Shown here: positions 45,674 through 53,366 of the stretch, in pieces | Position numbering within the stretch: the first letter of the stretch is position 1 | Layout: every line of letters starts with the position of its first letter | From: an uncultured Clostridia bacterium | GTDB lineage: Bacteria; Bacillota; Clostridia; TANB77; CAG-508 | Length of the DNA stretch: 64,000 nt | Assembly: GCA_944387555.1 (NCBI GenBank) | Contig: CALXFH010000004.1 | Location: forward strand, 12,483-76,482 | Reading direction: 5' to 3' | The notes under the pieces: generated by a model | Databases searched by the model: none | Told to the model about the DNA's origin: nothing | What the model saw: only the letters and a program-made list of their open reading frames with translations | Program-made: the position numbers and the translations under genes

Positions 45674-46045
45674 TTATTTTATAAAATTTAAAATTTTTGG
45701 AATAAATATAATTAAGCCAACAATTACACTTCCAATTGCTAAAACAAGTACTGCTCCAGCAGCTACGTCTTTTGCAATTTTTGCTTTTTCATTTTTTTCC
45801 ATAGTTATCATATCGACAACTGTTTCTATTACCGTATTAAACAATTCTCCTGATATTACCAATGCAAACATAATAACTAAAATTATCCAATCTAATGAAC
45901 TTATTTTAAGTACTATACCTGCAATTATTACAAGTATCATTATTAATATATGTATTTTCATATTTTGCTCTGTTTTAAATGATGTAGCAATTCCGGTAAA
46001 AGCATATTTAAAACTATTTATTAATTTTTTCGTTTTTGTTTTCAT
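45674..46045 (-). CDS. dgkA: Diacylglycerol/undecaprenol kinase DgkA family
   Basis: 123 aa, three TM segments. Motifs FKYAFTGI...EQNMKIH and ELFNTVIETVVD. Confidence 0.85.
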   Translation of the reverse strand: MKTKTKKLINSFKYAFTGIATSFKTEQNMKIHILIMILVIIAGIVLKISSLDWIILVIMFALVISGELFNTVIETVVDMITMEKNEKAKIAKDVAAGAVLVLAIGSVIVGLIIFIPKILNFIK

Positions 46046-46697
46046 TTCTATCTTCTCTTTCTATTATATATTTTTTAACTAAGCTTGTATATATTATTAA
46101 GTAACATACTGATATTAAAAATCCTGCAATTACATCACTTGTATAATGTACTCCTAAATATATTCTAGTTACTCCAATTAATATTATTAAAATACTTAGG
46201 AAAATAATTAATACTATTTTTAACTTTTTGTTTTTAAAATATTTATATATTAAATATATTAAAAATCCATAAAATGCCATTGATATCATTGAATGTCCAG
46301 ATGGGAAACTATATCCTGTTTCTGAAATCAATTTAAATTCATTTGGTCTTGGTCTTTGTACTATGTTTTTTAATAATATATTTAATATTGTTGCAATTAC
46401 TAAATTTAATAAAATACAAAAACTGATTTTTTTATTCTTTATTAATAATAACAATATTATTGTTAAAGTACAAATTACAATTGCTCCTCCTAAGTTTGTA
46501 ATTACTATTGCAATTGGTGTCACAGATGGATCTATTAGGCTAGAAACTATACCATATCCCATTATATCTAATTTCATTATTTCTTTTTCAAATACATCTT
46601 CTGCAATTGCAATTACTATTATCAATAATACAAATAATATTATCCACTTTATATTTTTTATACTAAAATCTTTTACTTTTGTTATCTTTTCTCTCAT
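46014..46697 (-). CDS. PAP2-family phosphatase (undecaprenyl-diphosphatase/BcrC-like)
   Basis: 227 aa. The three PAP2 motifs KNIVQRPRP, SFPSGHS and TRIYLGVHYTSDV. Overlaps dgkA by 32 nt. Confidence 0.8.
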   Translation of the reverse strand: MREKITKVKDFSIKNIKWIILFVLLIIVIAIAEDVFEKEIMKLDIMGYGIVSSLIDPSVTPIAIVITNLGGAIVICTLTIILLLLIKNKKISFCILLNLVIATILNILLKNIVQRPRPNEFKLISETGYSFPSGHSMISMAFYGFLIYLIYKYFKNKKLKIVLIIFLSILIILIGVTRIYLGVHYTSDVIAGFLISVCYLIIYTSLVKKYIIEREDRNENKNEKINK

Positions 46698-46801
46698 TTG
46701 ACTTCTCTTTTCTTAAAAAGTATAGATATATTTTAGCATTTATTATAGAAAATAGCAATAAAAATTTAGGAGATACTCTTAAGCATCTCCATATATTTTT
46801 A

Positions 46802-47020
46802 TTATACTACTTCATATCCAGCATCTTCTACTGCTTTCTTTAAAACGCTATCATCTACATCTTCTTTTAAAGTAACTTCTGCTGTTTTATTTTCTAAGCT
46901 TACATTTACAGATTTTACTCCTTTTACTTCTTTTAGGGCTGCTTCTACTTTTTTAACACAGTGCATACAGCTCATTCCTTCAATATTTAATGTTTTTACA
47001 ATTTTTTCTTTTCCAAACAT
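46802..47020 (-). CDS. copZ: Copper chaperone CopZ (HMA domain)
   Basis: I prefer the start MFGKEKIV at 47020 (AAAGGAGGAA RBS). Metal site GMSCMHC. Confidence 0.85.
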   Translation of the reverse strand: MFGKEKIVKTLNIEGMSCMHCVKKVEAALKEVKGVKSVNVSLENKTAEVTLKEDVDDSVLKKAVEDAGYEVV

Positions 47021-47058
47021 TTTAAATTCCTCCTTTATATTTTTATTTATTTTTAAGT

Positions 47059-47089
47059 GAGACAAAAAAGGCCTGGCCCTAATTGTCTC
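47059..47089 (-). repeat. Intercistronic hairpin between copA and copZ (same family as 35194-35224)
   Basis: Plus strand GAGACAAAAAAGGCCTGGCCCTAATTGTCTC. It overlaps the copA TGA stop. 27 of 31 nt are identical to the ADH terminator hairpin. Confidence 0.6.
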
Positions 47090-49295
47090 ATCTTAGTCTT
47101 AACGCATTTAATATTACTGTTAAACTACTAAGTGTCATAGCTAAACCTGCTATCATTGGGTTTATTGATATTCCTATTGGTTTTAATACTCCTATTGCAA
47201 TTGGTATCATTAAACTGTTATAGAAAAATGCCCAGAATAAGTTTTGTTTTATGTTTCTTATTGTCTTTTTACTAATTGTTATTAAGTCTAATATTCTACT
47301 TAAGTCATTTTTCATTAATATAACATCTGATGAGTCCATTGCAATATCTGTTCCTGAATTTACACTAACACCTATATCTGCTGTTGCTAATGCTGGGCTA
47401 TCATTTATTCCATCTCCACACATCATAACAGCTCTGCCTTCTTTTTTCAATTCTTTTATTGTTTTTGTTTTTTCTTCTGGTACTACATCTGCAATTACTT
47501 TTGATATTCCTATTTCTTTTGCAATTAATTTGGCTGTTTCTTCATTATCTCCTGTTAACATTATTGTTTCAATATTGTTTTCATTTAATTTCTTTATTAC
47601 ATCTTTTACATTTTCTCTTACTAAGTCATTTACTCCAATTAAAGCAATTATTTTATTTTCTTCTACTACATAGATAATACTATTTCCTTCTTTTGCTAAC
47701 TTACTTTCTTCTTCTTTTATTTTTTCTTCATTATTTTCTATATTAAAATGTTCTAATATTTTATAATTTCCAAGTAAATATTCTTTTCCTTCTACTTTTC
47801 CTGTTATTCCTAGACCACTTAAGTTTTTGAAGTTTTCTACATTATATTTTCCAAGTTTCTTTTCTTTTAAGTATTCTTCAAATGCTTTTGCTATTGGGTG
47901 TGTTGACCTTGCTTCTATACTTCCTGCAATCCTTAGTATTTCTTCTTCATTTAAATTACTACTATAATTTAAAACTTTAGATATTTTTAATTTTCCATAT
48001 GTTAATGTTCCTGTTTTATCAAATACTATTGTATTTATATTTCTAGCATTTTCTAGAATTTCACTTTTCTTTACTAATATTCCATTCTTAGCACATTTTC
48101 CTTCACTTACTACTATTGCAAGTGGTGTTGCTAAACCTAGTGCACATGGACAGGCTACTACTAATATTGTTACAAATGTTGTTAATGCTTCTCCAATATC
48201 AAATCCTAATACCAAATATGCTATAAATGATACAATTGCAATTAATATTACTATTGGTACAAAATATCCACTTACTTTGTCTGCCACTCTTGCTATTGGT
48301 GCTTTTGTATTACTTGCTTCTACTACTAATTTTACAATTTGTGATATTGTAGAGTCTCTTCCTATTTTTTCCGCTTCATATTCTAAATATCCATCATAAT
48401 TAATACTTCCTGCTATTACTTTATCACCTTGTTTTTTACTTACAGGCTTACTTTCTCCCGTTAAAAAAGACTCATCTAAATGTGCTTTTCCACTTATTAT
48501 TTTTCCATCTACTGAAATTCTATCTCCTGCATGACTAACTACTGTGTCACCTTTTTGGATTTCATCTATTGTTACTTCTTTTTCTTTTCCATCTATTTTT
48601 ACAATAGCTTTACTTGGTGTTATTTGTACTAATTTTTGAATTGCTTCTTTTGTTTTATCCTTGCTTATTCCATCTAAGTATCTTCCAAGTTTTATAAAGA
48701 ATATTACTATTGCTGATGACTCAAAATATAATTCATGTACAAAAGAATTATCTCCTCTTATTATCATAACCATACTATATGTACTATATAAAAAGCTACT
48801 TAATACTCCTATTGCAACTAATGTATCCATATTAGGTGCTTTATGTATTAAATTTTTAAATCCACTTTTTATTATATCAAAACCATATACTAAGAATAAT
48901 ATTGTAAGTATAAATAATGTTACTGAATAATTTATAGGATTTTCATGCATATTTAAGAATTTAAATATTGGAAGACCTATCATATGTCCCATTGATATAT
49001 ACAATAATATTACTGCAAGTACTCCAAATATTATAAATAATATTTTATCTTTTTTGTGGTTATTTTCTTCCTCTTTTCCTGTATATTCTCCTAAACTTTT
49101 GAACCCTGCTTTTTTTACAAATGTATCTAGCATTTTTCTATCTACTTTTTGTTCATCATATTCTACCTGAGCTGTTGCCATAACTAGATTTACACTTGCT
49201 GAAATTATTCCATCTTGTTTATTTAAATACTTTTCTAGTCCATTAGAACAAGCACTACATGTCATACCTTCTATTTTTAATACAATTTTCTGCAT
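47088..49295 (-). CDS. copA: Copper-translocating P1B-type ATPase
   Basis: 735 aa. N-terminal HMA GMTCSACS, TM CPC motif VVACPCALGLATP, phosphorylation site DKTGTLT, hinge GDGINDSPAL. Confidence 0.95.
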   Translation of the reverse strand: MQKIVLKIEGMTCSACSNGLEKYLNKQDGIISASVNLVMATAQVEYDEQKVDRKMLDTFVKKAGFKSLGEYTGKEEENNHKKDKILFIIFGVLAVILLYISMGHMIGLPIFKFLNMHENPINYSVTLFILTILFLVYGFDIIKSGFKNLIHKAPNMDTLVAIGVLSSFLYSTYSMVMIIRGDNSFVHELYFESSAIVIFFIKLGRYLDGISKDKTKEAIQKLVQITPSKAIVKIDGKEKEVTIDEIQKGDTVVSHAGDRISVDGKIISGKAHLDESFLTGESKPVSKKQGDKVIAGSINYDGYLEYEAEKIGRDSTISQIVKLVVEASNTKAPIARVADKVSGYFVPIVILIAIVSFIAYLVLGFDIGEALTTFVTILVVACPCALGLATPLAIVVSEGKCAKNGILVKKSEILENARNINTIVFDKTGTLTYGKLKISKVLNYSSNLNEEEILRIAGSIEARSTHPIAKAFEEYLKEKKLGKYNVENFKNLSGLGITGKVEGKEYLLGNYKILEHFNIENNEEKIKEEESKLAKEGNSIIYVVEENKIIALIGVNDLVRENVKDVIKKLNENNIETIMLTGDNEETAKLIAKEIGISKVIADVVPEEKTKTIKELKKEGRAVMMCGDGINDSPALATADIGVSVNSGTDIAMDSSDVILMKNDLSRILDLITISKKTIRNIKQNLFWAFFYNSLMIPIAIGVLKPIGISINPMIAGLAMTLSSLTVILNALRLR

Positions 49296-49609
49296 TATTG
49301 AAACCTCCTAAATAAATTTACTACTTCATCTATTATCTCATAGTTCCCCTTTTCTAAATCATTATATACACAAGTATACATGTGATTTTCCAATATATGA
49401 TTTGCTAAACTTTTTATTGATTTATTTATTGCTGATAGTTGAATTAAGACATCATCACAATATCTATCTTCTTCTATCATTTTCTTTACTCCTCTTACTT
49501 GCCCTTCTATTCTATTTAATCTATTATTTATTATTTTCTTTTCTCCTTCACTTCTTTTTGTTTGTTTTCTACAACAATTATTTTCCACCCTTCTCACCTC
49601 AATATGCAT
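49295..49609 (-). CDS. csoR: CsoR-family copper-sensing repressor
   Basis: NRLNRIEGQVRGVKKMIEEDRYCDDVLIQLSAI...LENHMYTC (C-H-C ligand pattern). The 5' end is uncertain because the ATG at 49609 overlaps the predicted -10. A GTG at 49588 behind GAGGTG is more plausible. Confidence 0.85.
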   Translation of the reverse strand: MHIEVRRVENNCCRKQTKRSEGEKKIINNRLNRIEGQVRGVKKMIEEDRYCDDVLIQLSAINKSIKSLANHILENHMYTCVYNDLEKGNYEIIDEVVNLFRRFQ

Positions 49610-49649
49610 TATATACCCCTATAGGTATTTTGTAAAGGGAGGGGTATAT
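49608..49649 (-). promoter_or_regulatory. cop operon promoter with CsoR-type operator
   Basis: Minus strand TTTACA (49636-49631) - 17 nt - TATAAT (49613-49608). The spacer is occupied by ATACC-N6-GGTAT (49613-49628). A 10-bp inverted pair ATATACCCCT / AGGGGTATAT lies at 49611-49620 / 49640-49649. Confidence 0.55.
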
Positions 49650-49805
49650 ACTTTTTAGATATAATATATGAAAATTAATACTTCCGTCGTAATTTCTATT
49701 TTAATATGATATAGTTGCATTGAATATAATATTACACTAATATTGCTATATATAATAAAGTATGATATATAATATATATATTAATAATAAAGGAGATGTC
49801 GGTAT

Positions 49806-50075
49806 ATGTTAATAAAGTGTAGTGAGTGCGGAAAAGAAGTAAGCGACCAAGCTTCCACTTGCCCTAATTGTGGAGCACCTATTAAAGAAGATGAAATTAA
49901 AAAAGAAATAAAAGCGGGAATAAAAATAAGTAAGAAATTAGCCATAATTCTTATAATCGCTTTATCTTTTATTATTATATGTGCTTTTATATTTGGTTAT
50001 TTTATACCAGCACATACATATGTTACCAAAGACAGTAATGGTAACTACGTAGAAGAATTTCGCCTTTTTAAATAA
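49806..50075 (+). CDS. Zinc-ribbon membrane protein
   Basis: 89 aa. CSECGKEVSDQASTCPNCGAPI followed by one TM helix. RBS AAAGGAGATG. Confidence 0.65.
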   Translation: MLIKCSECGKEVSDQASTCPNCGAPIKEDEIKKEIKAGIKISKKLAIILIIALSFIIICAFIFGYFIPAHTYVTKDSNGNYVEEFRLFK

Positions 50076-50082
50076 TTTTAAT

Positions 50083-50109
50083 AAAGTCCCTAATGGGACT
50101 TTATTTTTT
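50083..50109 (+). terminator. Rho-independent terminator
   Basis: AAAGTCCC-TAAT-GGGACTTT followed by ATTTTTT. Confidence 0.75.
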
Positions 50110-50172
50110 ATATAAATTTAATACAATATTACAACGATTGTACTTCTATATTTTATTTTAATATTATATAGA

Positions 50173-50208
50173 AAATACACACTCTGCTTGGCTATAGAGT
50201 GTGTATTT
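50173..50208. other. Orphan 13-bp perfect stem-loop in a gene-free interval
   Basis: AAATACACACTCT (50173-50185) / AGAGTGTGTATTT (50196-50208) with a 10-nt loop. No adjacent ORF end and only weak T-tracts. Confidence 0.6.
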
Positions 50209-50299
50209 AAATACAATCTATTGGCAACCACTTCATGTGGCTCCTTATTTCTATATTTTTATTATAACATAAATTATTTTTTTGTCAAATTTTAAAATT

Positions 50300-50352
50300 G
50301 TTGCAATAGCTCAGTTGGTAGACAAACTGACTCTTAATCTGCTGGTCCTCAG
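50300..50352 (+). pseudogene. tRNA-Lys(CUU)-like 5' fragment (acceptor 5' strand, D-arm, anticodon arm, variable loop; no T-arm or 3' acceptor strand)
   Basis: GTTGCAATAGCTCAGTTGGTAGACAAACTGACTCTTAATCTGCTGGTCCTCAG. The D-loop block TAGCTCAGTTGGTAGA and the anticodon block CTGACTCTTAATC are canonical. The D-stem and anticodon-stem 3' strands carry mismatches. No GGTTCGA-type T-loop follows. Confidence 0.55.
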
Positions 50353-50354
50353 TA

Positions 50355-50678
50355 CTATTTTTTATTTTTTTTTATCATTTTGTAGTTTTCTATATCTATC
50401 TTTTCATTATTATGGAATACATTTTCTAGTTTTTTAGTTTTTATTAATTCTTCTTTCTTTTGTTTTGTTAACTTCTTAATTGCATATTCTAATTTAGATG
50501 CTAAAGATTTATTTTCACACTCCCATACCGCTTCTAACTTCTTAGCCAAATGTGTATAAGTATATTTAGCACATTTCTCATTTTTAGAAAAATGCTCCTC
50601 CATTCTTCTTTCTATATCTACAGTAATTCCTGTATAAATAGAATTATCCATGCATCTTAGCATATATATGTAATACAT
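50355..50678 (-). CDS. GIY-YIG nuclease family protein (UPF0213/YhbQ-like)
   Basis: 107 aa. MYYIYMLRCMDNSIYTGIT...RRMEEH... Its start is 1 nt after the stop of 50680-52587. Confidence 0.75.
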   Translation of the reverse strand: MYYIYMLRCMDNSIYTGITVDIERRMEEHFSKNEKCAKYTYTHLAKKLEAVWECENKSLASKLEYAIKKLTKQKKEELIKTKKLENVFHNNEKIDIENYKMIKKNKK

Positions 50679-50679
50679 T

Positions 50680-52587
50680 TTATTCTACTCCTTTAAACTC
50701 CCAAGTATTTGCGTTGTCATAAGAATAGTATATTTTACTATTACCACCTTCATAGTCGCCATCACTTCCTTGACCAACTTCTAAAGTTAATGTACCATTA
50801 TCATCTTTTTCAGGTAATTCATAATAATCATAAATATTACTATCTTCTTCTGTTTGCTGTACATTCATTCTTGTAAAAGTTACTCCGCCATCTCTTGTAA
50901 TATATAATTCTGATGTATTTCCACTTATTTCTGGCATTGTTAAAAAGCCTAAGTTTTCATCAAAGAATTTTATTTTGCTTCCTCTTCTAAAAATCTCTTC
51001 TCCACTATTTCCAAAACCTTTAAATACAACTTGCCATGTTTTTCCACCATCTGTTGTTTTACTAATATCACCAAAGGCTACTCCTACTGCTACATCTTTA
51101 AATTCTAACATATAACCCAAATTAGGATTTAAAAATTGCATAGCTTGAACAGTAGTTTTTCCTAATTCTACTGTATTCCAATTTACTCCCATATCATCTG
51201 AATATACTAGATATTCTTTCTCATCATCTCTGTATGGGAAAAATGTTTTTTCTTCTCCTACTTGGTATGTTCCTTCTTCAAATTTATCCACATTTGAAAA
51301 ATCTCCTGGAACTTCTATTACATTTTTACCATCATAACTAATATATAATATTCCATTTTTTATTTCATAATCATTGGCATCCACATCAGCAATATTATAA
51401 TTACTTAAATCATCATCTTTATTGCTACTACATCCTAATGTATATATTTTGCTTCTTTCCATAGTAACTTCACACAAAGTAATTGTTCCATCTCTTAATA
51501 TATCAGTTTTTCTATCTATTACACAATCTTCGTTTAATGATATTACAAACCTAGGTATATTATCTTTATATAGTACTACTGCTGTTACTCCAAATTGTTC
51601 ACAATCTTCATATTCAAACAATTCTTTTGTTTTTCCTGTTTCAATTGTAATTCCTTTTGAATCAAATATAATACTAGCTGAATTTGTATAATTTGGTGTT
51701 TCATTCCATTCTCCTTCTAATGCTGGCACTACATTATAGTAAAAATCTCCACCTTCTCTATCTCCATATGTTGCAACATACTCTCTTAAAATTCCATCTC
51801 TATCTTTATAAGTTATATTACATATATCTTCTGCAAGCCATTGTGTTTTAATTGCTCCTTCTACCTGTGTTGAAAATTCTTGTTCACTTGTTGCAAATAA
51901 TAGCTTCGCATCTTTGTAATAGGTAATCCTTCCCGTTTCATTATTTTTCTTTAAAACTAATTCGTTTGAAAAATTATTAGAAAACTCTACTATACATTTA
52001 TTTTCAAAACCATTATTTATCATAAATGCTAAATTAATAATTGTAAGTAATACCATAATTACAATAGTTATTATATTTTTTATTTTATTTCTTTTTAAAT
52101 TAACTAAAGCTAAAAAGATTAAACAAAATGTTATTATAATAATTTCATTTACAATATAAAACAATAAATCACTTACATATACATAATCACGTGGTTTTAA
52201 TATAAATAAATATCCTAATTGTAAAATAAAGCTAAACACAAATAATACACATGCTATTATTCCTATAGTTCTTTTTAAGATTTTTATTCTTCTTTCTCTT
52301 TTCTCCTTTTTTAATGTAACTTTTTCTACCGCTTCTTCTATTTTCTTTTCTATATCTTCTTTACTTATTTTTTCTTTTCCTCTTTCTCCATTTAATATTT
52401 CAGAAACATCTACATCAAATACTTCTGCAAGTGAACCAAGCATAGTTATATCAGGGAAACTTAATCCTCTTTCCCATTTTGATATTGCTTTATCTGTTAA
52501 TCCTATTTTTTCAGCTAATTCTTTTTGTGTCATATTTTTTTCTTTTCTAAGTTCCTTTATAAAATTTCCAAATTTTAAATTATCCAT
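50680..52587 (-). CDS. Membrane-bound XRE-family HTH protein with an extracytoplasmic BNR/Asp-box propeller-like domain
   Basis: 635 aa. HTH FIKELRKEKNMTQKELAEKIGLTDKAISKWERG. Three TM helices. Asp-box-like repeats (SDDMGVNWNTV, TTDGGKTWQVV, TRDGGVTFTRM, SYDNANTWEF). Confidence 0.7.
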   Translation of the reverse strand: MDNLKFGNFIKELRKEKNMTQKELAEKIGLTDKAISKWERGLSFPDITMLGSLAEVFDVDVSEILNGERGKEKISKEDIEKKIEEAVEKVTLKKEKRERRIKILKRTIGIIACVLFVFSFILQLGYLFILKPRDYVYVSDLLFYIVNEIIIITFCLIFLALVNLKRNKIKNIITIVIMVLLTIINLAFMINNGFENKCIVEFSNNFSNELVLKKNNETGRITYYKDAKLLFATSEQEFSTQVEGAIKTQWLAEDICNITYKDRDGILREYVATYGDREGGDFYYNVVPALEGEWNETPNYTNSASIIFDSKGITIETGKTKELFEYEDCEQFGVTAVVLYKDNIPRFVISLNEDCVIDRKTDILRDGTITLCEVTMERSKIYTLGCSSNKDDDLSNYNIADVDANDYEIKNGILYISYDGKNVIEVPGDFSNVDKFEEGTYQVGEEKTFFPYRDDEKEYLVYSDDMGVNWNTVELGKTTVQAMQFLNPNLGYMLEFKDVAVGVAFGDISKTTDGGKTWQVVFKGFGNSGEEIFRRGSKIKFFDENLGFLTMPEISGNTSELYITRDGGVTFTRMNVQQTEEDSNIYDYYELPEKDDNGTLTLEVGQGSDGDYEGGNSKIYYSYDNANTWEFKGVE

Positions 52588-52709
52588 TTTTTCCTCCTTT
52601 GACTAGAAAAAGTTTATCACTTATAGCTTTTTTATTCAACCGACTATTAGTAGAATTATTCATTTTTCTTGAAAAATAAAGGAAAAAATAAGGAGGAATT
52701 TTCTCCTTA

Positions 52710-53366
52710 TTAATTACTTGTTAACTCTATTGCAATTTTAGAAAATAGAAATTCATATGGATTATAATTAAGATTGCTTGTTATCTGTTTTATTCCTGGT
52801 AAAGATTCTTCTAAGCTTTCTATTTTCCTTGCATTTTCCATACTAGTATCTATAACATAATAAGCATTTAAGGGGTTATTATCACCACCATATCCAGAAA
52901 GTAAATTTTCGTTATCTTTAAATTTTTCTTTTAATTCATCCAATGCATCTTCTTTTGAATGATATTCTATTTTTGCATTTTTATCTATATTATTTATAGC
53001 ATTTTTTATATCTTCCATTTGTTCTTCTGTTATATCATTATTTAAATAAATTTCAATTTTTCTTGCTTCATGATAATAATAAACAAATATAAAAATATTA
53101 AATAAGATAATAATTGTAAGTACTGTTCCAATAACTATAAGTAATTTATTTTTTTTACTCATTTTTTTCTTTACTTTTTTTAGATAATCTATTTCTTCTT
53201 CTTGTTTATTATCTTCTACTCCATCTTCTTTCATTTCATTAAATACTTTTTTACATTCTTCACATTTCTTTAAATGTTTTTCAACTAATTCTTTAGATGC
53301 TGTATGTAAAGTTCCATCTTGATAACCAAATAACAAATCTTGTACTATTTCACATTCCTTCTTCAT
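52710..53366 (-). CDS. Anti-sigma factor (zf-HC2) with an FtsX-ECD-like extracytoplasmic domain
   Basis: 218 aa. HLKKCEECKK zinc-finger motif, one TM, and a C-terminal segment IEIYLNNDITEEQMEDIKNAI...IEYHSKEDALDELKEKFKDNENLLSGYGGDNNPLNAYYVI resembling the FtsX extracellular domain. Overlaps the sigma gene by 17 nt. Confidence 0.6.
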   Translation of the reverse strand: MKKECEIVQDLLFGYQDGTLHTASKELVEKHLKKCEECKKVFNEMKEDGVEDNKQEEEIDYLKKVKKKMSKKNKLLIVIGTVLTIIILFNIFIFVYYYHEARKIEIYLNNDITEEQMEDIKNAINNIDKNAKIEYHSKEDALDELKEKFKDNENLLSGYGGDNNPLNAYYVIDTSMENARKIESLEESLPGIKQITSNLNYNPYEFLFSKIAIELTSN

